A DNA stretch of 64,000 bases, taken from the NCBI GenBank assembly GCA_963765765.1, contig CAVXYC010000014.1:192001-256000 (forward strand), given 5' to 3'. The number at the start of each line of letters is the position of its first letter. Positions within the stretch are counted from its first letter, which is position 1. A model generated the notes under the pieces. It did not search any database, had not been told where the DNA came from, and saw nothing but the letters and a program-made list of their open reading frames with translations. This document shows, one piece after another, positions 58,859 through 64,000 of this stretch. This DNA comes from an uncultured Chloroflexia bacterium. GTDB taxonomy: Bacteria > Chloroflexota > UBA6077 > JACCZL01. The position numbers and the translations under genes are program-made.

Positions 58859-59926
58859 ATGGAACGCATACGCTTCGGCTACTTCACCCTCTCCGATAAT
58901 TCACCTGGCTACAGCGACCGGCGGAAGAACGCCAATGCTCTGCTCGAGGAGATCGTGGAGCAAGCCATTGCCGCTGACAAGCTCGGTTACGCCTCGGCCT
59001 GGCTGCCGGAGCATCATTTCGGGGTGTTCGGGGTCTTGCCGACACCGGCGCAGGCGCTCACCTATGTGGCAGCGAAGACCGAGCGCATCCGACTGGCCCC
59101 CGCCACGGTGCTGCTGCCGTGCACCCAGCCGCTCCGCACGGCCGAGGAGTACGCGCTGCTGGACTTGCTTTCACACGGACGCGCGATTTTCTCCGCGGGT
59201 CGTGGGTATGACGAGCGCGAGTACAAAGCGTTCGGAATTCCGTTCGACGAAAGCCGCACACGCTTCGACGAGGAGCTGCTGCTGATCCGTAAGGCCTGGA
59301 CAGAGGAGAATTTCACCTGGCAGGGTGAGCATCACTCGATTCCCGAGCCGATCACCGTGCTTCCACGCCCTATCCAACAGCCGCACCCGCCGATCTACGT
59401 TGCCTGCTTCAGTGAGCCGACCATGCGCATGGCCGCGGAGAACGGCTTCAATATCATCTTCGCGCCCTTCGCGGCGGCGATGGTGTACGGGAGCCTGGCC
59501 CAGGCCGTGAGCCGCTTCAAGGAGCTTTCGGCCGAGGCCGGCCATCCGAATGCCAGGGCAATGTGCTCGTATTTCACGTGCATCGCCGATACGCCTGAGG
59601 AGAAGCGCGAGGCACAGGAGAGGCTTCTCTATTACCTCACCAATTTTCTACCCGCCGTGCCCCAGGATCGCGAGACGGCGCCTCCGCACATTCGCTACTT
59701 CGCGGACATCGCCGATCGGATCAGAAACATGAAAGCGGAAGACCTGGGCGAGCGAAGCATCGTGACCGGCACCGTGGACGAGGTCATCCACCAGTTCGAG
59801 CAAGTTGAGGCGGCCGGCATTGAAGAGGTGATCTGCTATTTCAACTTCGGCTCACTGGATCACGGAGAAACGCTTCACCAGATGGAGCGGGTGGCCAGCG
59901 AGGTGATGCCGGCGTTCAGGGGCTAG
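58859..59926 (+). CDS. LLM-class flavin-dependent monooxygenase (luciferase-like)
   Basis: WLPEHHF, TERIRL, AEEYALLDLLS.GR, GRGY, PRPIQQPHPP. Confidence 0.9.
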   Translation: MERIRFGYFTLSDNSPGYSDRRKNANALLEEIVEQAIAADKLGYASAWLPEHHFGVFGVLPTPAQALTYVAAKTERIRLAPATVLLPCTQPLRTAEEYALLDLLSHGRAIFSAGRGYDEREYKAFGIPFDESRTRFDEELLLIRKAWTEENFTWQGEHHSIPEPITVLPRPIQQPHPPIYVACFSEPTMRMAAENGFNIIFAPFAAAMVYGSLAQAVSRFKELSAEAGHPNARAMCSYFTCIADTPEEKREAQERLLYYLTNFLPAVPQDRETAPPHIRYFADIADRIRNMKAEDLGERSIVTGTVDEVIHQFEQVEAAGIEEVICYFNFGSLDHGETLHQMERVASEVMPAFRG

Positions 59927-60011
59927 GGGTTCGGGATTCTCACCTGGCGTCGCTTATGGCTGCATTGGTCGCCTTTGCCCCATTTGTTGTTCAAAATTGC
60001 TGAGGAGAACC

Positions 60012-60763
60012 ATGACTGAATTAGACGGTCGCGTCATCATCGTTACAGGCGGTGGAAGCGGCCTGGGCCGGGCTTCGGCGGCGCTTGCTGCTGGCAAGGG
60101 CGCGCGCCTGGTCCTGGCCGATATGGATGCCACGGGTCTCGATGGCTCTGCCGATAAGATTCTCAGCCACGGCGGTCAGGTACGGACCATGACCATGGAC
60201 GTGCGATCACAGCCGGATGCCGAAAAGCTGGCCGCGATGTCCATCAGCGAATTCGGCCGGCTGGACGGCATCGTGACCTCCACGGCGTGGATATGCCCGT
60301 CCCGGCCATGGAGATGACGCTTGCTGAGTGGGAGCGCGTCATCAGCATCAACCTCACCGGCACGTTCGTCACCGCCCAGGCGGCTGCCCGTGCCATGATC
60401 CAGCAGGGCACGCCCGGAGCAATTGTCACACTGGCATCCGGCATTGCCGTGCGCGGACGCGCCGCGGGGGCACACTACGCGGCCTCAAAGGCAGGCGTGA
60501 TCGGGCTCACCAAGTCGCTGGCGCTCGCACTGGCGCAGCACCAGATCCGCGCCAACGTCGTGGCGCCCGGGCTAACAGATACGCCGATGGCGCGACAAGT
60601 GATGAGCGAAGACGAGATGCGGCTGCGCTCGCAGGACATCCCGCTTGGCCGATTCGGCCAGCCCGATGACATCGCCAACGTGGTTTGCTTCCTCCTATCG
60701 GACGCCAGCAGATGGATGACCGGGCAGACGCTCCACGCCAATGGCGGGGTGACGATGCCGTAG
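60012..60763 (+). CDS. Short-chain dehydrogenase, apparent frameshift ~60283
   Basis: TGGGSGLG in the first frame; NLTG, YAASK, APG.TDT, TGQ in the second. Confidence 0.88.
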
Positions 60764-60819
60764 GCGGACGGAGGAAGAACGCCCCGTGGTCTACAATCCC
60801 TTCGGGGAGCTCACCAATC

Positions 60820-62169
60820 ATGCTGAACCTGGTAAACGCGGCAGAGGGCCTCGTCAGCGCGCGCGCATTCTCGGACGCAGACGTGTACCGCACGGAGCAA
60901 TCGCACATCTTCGGCCGTTGCTGGCTCTTCGTCGGCCATGAGTCCGAGATCCCGAATCCGGGGGACTTCGCCGCCCGCAGCATGGGCGAGGATCCGGTCA
61001 TCCTGGCGCGCGGCCGTGACGGCGAGATCCGGGTCATGCTGAATGTCTGCCGGCATAGAGGCCGACGTCTGTGCGCCGAGGACATGGGCAACGCCAACCA
61101 TTTTCAGTGCGGGTATCACGGCTGGACGTATAGCAACACCGGTGAGCTAACCGGCGTGCCGTTTTTCGAGTCGTACCAGGGAAAGCTCAGTAAATCAGAG
61201 TGGAGCCTGGTTCAAGCGCCGCGCGTCGACACGTACCGCGGGCTGATCTTCGCCTGCTGGGATAACGACGCCGAGCCGCTCGAGTCCTATCTTGGCGACA
61301 TGCGCTGGGTGCTGGACTTGATGTTCGCCCGAACAGACCGGGTCACAGTTGTCGGTCCGCCGCAGCGCTGGATTGTGGATTGCAACTGGAAACTAGGCGC
61401 TGGCAATTTTGGCGGCGATTTCCATCATCTGTTCACCACCCACGGCTTCTCGAACGCGCTGGGCCTCAAGCCTACCCGCGTGAATCGCAAAGCCCACGCA
61501 CTGCCCATGTCACAGGGACATGTGGCCAGCATCGTTCAGTTCGCGGATCAGCCGGCGCAGACACCATTCCTGGCCTTGCCGCCGGAGCTCTGGCCGGAGA
61601 TCGAGCGGAACCTTACCCCGGACCAGGTGCAGGAGATGCGGCCCATGCAGCTTACCGCCGGGACGGTGTTTCCAAATCTCTCTTTCCTTAATACAGCGTC
61701 GCACACATCGGGTGAGTGGGGCGGGCCGGACGGCGAGCCGATCTCCTTCCTGACCCTTCGCCAGTGGCAGCCGCGTGGCCCAGACAAAATGGAGATGGTG
61801 TCCTGGGGGTTCGTTGATGGCACGGCCCCGGAGCGATGGCAGAAGAACTCGGCCGATTGCTACCACCGCGTCTTCGGTATGGCCGGCATCTTCGAGCAGG
61901 ACGACATCGAAAATTGGTCGGAGATCAACAATGGGCTGCGCGGCAAGATCGCTCAGGGCCTGCCACTCAATTACATGATGGCGCTGGACATGAGTCCGTC
62001 CACCGAATGGACTGGCCCTGGCACTGGCTACATCATCCACCACCAGCTCTCGGAGATTAACGAGAGGGTGATGTACGAGCGCTGGCGAGAGCTCATGGAA
62101 GACGACAAGCCTATCGCCCGGAACGGCAGTCGGCCGATGACAGGAGTAGCGTCCTCGCATGACAGCTAG
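60820..62169 (+). CDS. Rieske ring-hydroxylating dioxygenase alpha subunit (biphenyl/phenylpropionate class)
   Basis: NVCRHRG...CGYHGW, NWK...NF.GD.HH...TH, FEQDD.ENW. Confidence 0.92.
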   Translation: MLNLVNAAEGLVSARAFSDADVYRTEQSHIFGRCWLFVGHESEIPNPGDFAARSMGEDPVILARGRDGEIRVMLNVCRHRGRRLCAEDMGNANHFQCGYHGWTYSNTGELTGVPFFESYQGKLSKSEWSLVQAPRVDTYRGLIFACWDNDAEPLESYLGDMRWVLDLMFARTDRVTVVGPPQRWIVDCNWKLGAGNFGGDFHHLFTTHGFSNALGLKPTRVNRKAHALPMSQGHVASIVQFADQPAQTPFLALPPELWPEIERNLTPDQVQEMRPMQLTAGTVFPNLSFLNTASHTSGEWGGPDGEPISFLTLRQWQPRGPDKMEMVSWGFVDGTAPERWQKNSADCYHRVFGMAGIFEQDDIENWSEINNGLRGKIAQGLPLNYMMALDMSPSTEWTGPGTGYIIHHQLSEINERVMYERWRELMEDDKPIARNGSRPMTGVASSHDS

Positions 62170-62719
62170 CGATCACGGCGCATTCTCCGTCTCACAACGT
62201 CTGTCGTCTGCCATCCGGCCAGACTCACCTGAGTACGCCGATGCACTGCAGTTCCTTTATATGGAAACCGAGCTTCTAGACTCGGGAAAGTTCGAGGACT
62301 GGCTGACGCTGCTCACTCAGGACATCGCCTACCGCATGCCCGGCGCGGCTGACCACCAGAAAACGAGACCTTCCTGGATTCTCCGAGACGACGTACATCT
62401 TTGATGACAACCTCGATTCACTGAAAGTGCGCGTCGCCCGCTTCGGCACCAATTTCGCCTGGGCGGAAGATCCACCTCCAGGACGAGACACTTTATTACG
62501 AACGTTCAGGTGTTTGCTGCCGATCGTCCCGAAGAGTTCGAGGTTCACGAAAATCTTCTGCTCTATCGGATTCGCTCTGATCAGGGCTCGCCTGACCTTT
62601 TCTCCGGCGTGCGCCAGGATCGTCTTCGGCTCGTCAATGGGTCGCTGAGGCTCGCCCAGCGGACGATCCTGCTCGATCAGACGCTGGTCAACGCCCGTCA
62701 TCTGAGCATCCTGTTCTAG
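62159..62719 (+). CDS. Ring-hydroxylating dioxygenase beta subunit, two apparent frameshifts
   Basis: FLY.E.ELLD..KFEDWL.LL..DI.Y.MP / WAEDPP / R.D.LR...R.ILLDQ spread over three frames. Confidence 0.85.
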
Positions 62720-63034
62720 CGCTGCTTTTAGACTGCACCAGACCCCGGCGCAAGATTGAGTGTCCCTGTCCTGTCTGGCGTTCCTGTCATTCCCGTGCTT
62801 TCTTTACGCTCGGAGCCCATTTGGAATTCTGTGCACCCCACTAACCCTCCCGGGCAAGGAAAATAGTGCCAGGGAGGGGTACGCGCTAGGCGGTTGGTCT
62901 CCTGTCACACTCCCAGGGTAAGAAACGCCACGCGCACAGGCACGATCCAAACTGGCGGGTCATATCGATAAAATGTGTCCAAATATCAGCCCCGAGTGCT
63001 TATTCGGGCACTCAACGTGCGGTAGATTTGGCAC

Positions 63035-64000
63035 ATGGACAGGCGTGACGTTGTAGTCATTGGCGCATCGGCGGGTGGAGTCGAGGCGCTTACCTGTGTG
63101 GTGGCCGGGCTGCCAGCCGACTTCGCTGCGTATGTCTCCATCGTCCTGCACGTTCCGGCCAACGCAAGAAGCGTTCTCCCGGGAATTTTGAGCCGCGCCG
63201 GTCGTTTGCAGGCATTCCACCCGGTCGACGGACAATCGCTCGAGCATCGGGCAGATCCTGGTGGCGCCACCGGACCGCCACCTGCTCATAGAGTCGGGTC
63301 GCGTGCGGGTTACTCGCGGGCCACGGGAGCATGGATATCGGCCGTCCGTAGATGCGCTCTTCCGCTCCGCGGCTCAGTCATATGGCCCTCGAGTAATCGG
63401 CGTCGTACTCTCCGGAACGCTCAGCGATGGTACGGTCGGGCTCCAGGACATCAAGAGCCATGGTGGCCTCGCCATCGTGCAACGCCCGGAGAGTGCGCTG
63501 TATGCGAACATGCCGCGCTCCGCGATTGAGAACCTGGACGTAGACCACATCGTTGACGCGCCGGCAATCGGCCCCCTCCTCGCACGACCTCGTGACGACG
63601 TCGACGCCCACGCAACCATCAACTGGTCACGAGGTACTCCAGGTCATGGGAATGCACATGGAACGAGGGAATAACGACGCGGAGCTCCACGGCGCCAAGC
63701 CTTCCGCCTTCGTATGCCCGGACTGTCAGGGCACCCTTTTTGAGATTCAGAAAGGCTCATTGGTGCGCTATCGGTGTCGTGTCGGACACGCGTACACGCT
63801 GGATTCTCTGCTGGATGTGAAGTCGCAAGATCTCGAGCGCGCGCTCTGGGTTGCTCTAAGAACGCTCGACGAGAAGACGGATCTGGTTCAAGAGCTAGCA
63901 TCTCGGGCGCTCGCGCGAGGGCAGAAGCGCTCGGTGGAGCACTTCAAAGAACAGGCCGCTATCACGGCCCAACATGCCAGCCTCATTCGAGAGGTACTTG
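63035..64000 (+). CDS. cheB: Stand-alone CheB-type methylesterase with C-terminal Cys cluster; frameshifted and incomplete at the window end
   Basis: [25 protein letters not shown], then CPDC.G...RYRCRVGH in another frame. Confidence 0.85.

Noticed and set aside
9492-64000. Frameshifts in about a dozen genes (moaC, peptidase, LLM, moeA, lactonase, Mo-hydroxylase, DUF3618, GH26, speB, SDR, dioxygenase beta, cheB) as programmed frameshifting or genome decay
   Set aside because: They are scattered single-base indels in otherwise intact genes, with no shared slippery motif or accumulated stops. Long-read consensus error is the simplest explanation; read-level polishing would settle it.

Overview
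A high-GC bacterial chromosomal window, most likely from a Chloroflexota genome. That assignment is inferred from the AGAAC-N4-GTTCT LexA box, an RNase P RNA lacking P13/P14, DUF2851, LLM oxidoreductases and several Rieske oxygenase subunits. It holds about 50 mostly housekeeping or metabolic genes (pheA, pepA, Moco genes, lpdA-lipB, mrp, rnpB, greA-like, fdhD-holA, lexA, glycosyltransferases, aromatic oxygenases). About a dozen genes carry 1-nt frameshifts that look like long-read consensus errors. The notable signals are not in the ORF track: (1) a DsbA/Rv2466c-like gene with an in-frame UGA at the catalytic Cys position followed by a strong SECIS-like hairpin, a probable selenoprotein; (2) a near-consensus sigma54 promoter driving a 77-aa orphan protein, followed by a ~300-nt multi-helix non-coding region matching no RNA family I recognise; (3) inverted arrays of degenerate 7-mers at about nine gene junctions, in several sequence families; (4) a degraded GIY-YIG nuclease gene bracketed by two REPIN-like palindromic doublets; (5) a ~1320-aa YfhO(GT-C)-Wzx flippase fusion. 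No CRISPR array, tRNA, rRNA, prophage or intact transposase was seen. All calls come from reading the sequence by eye, with no database searches.
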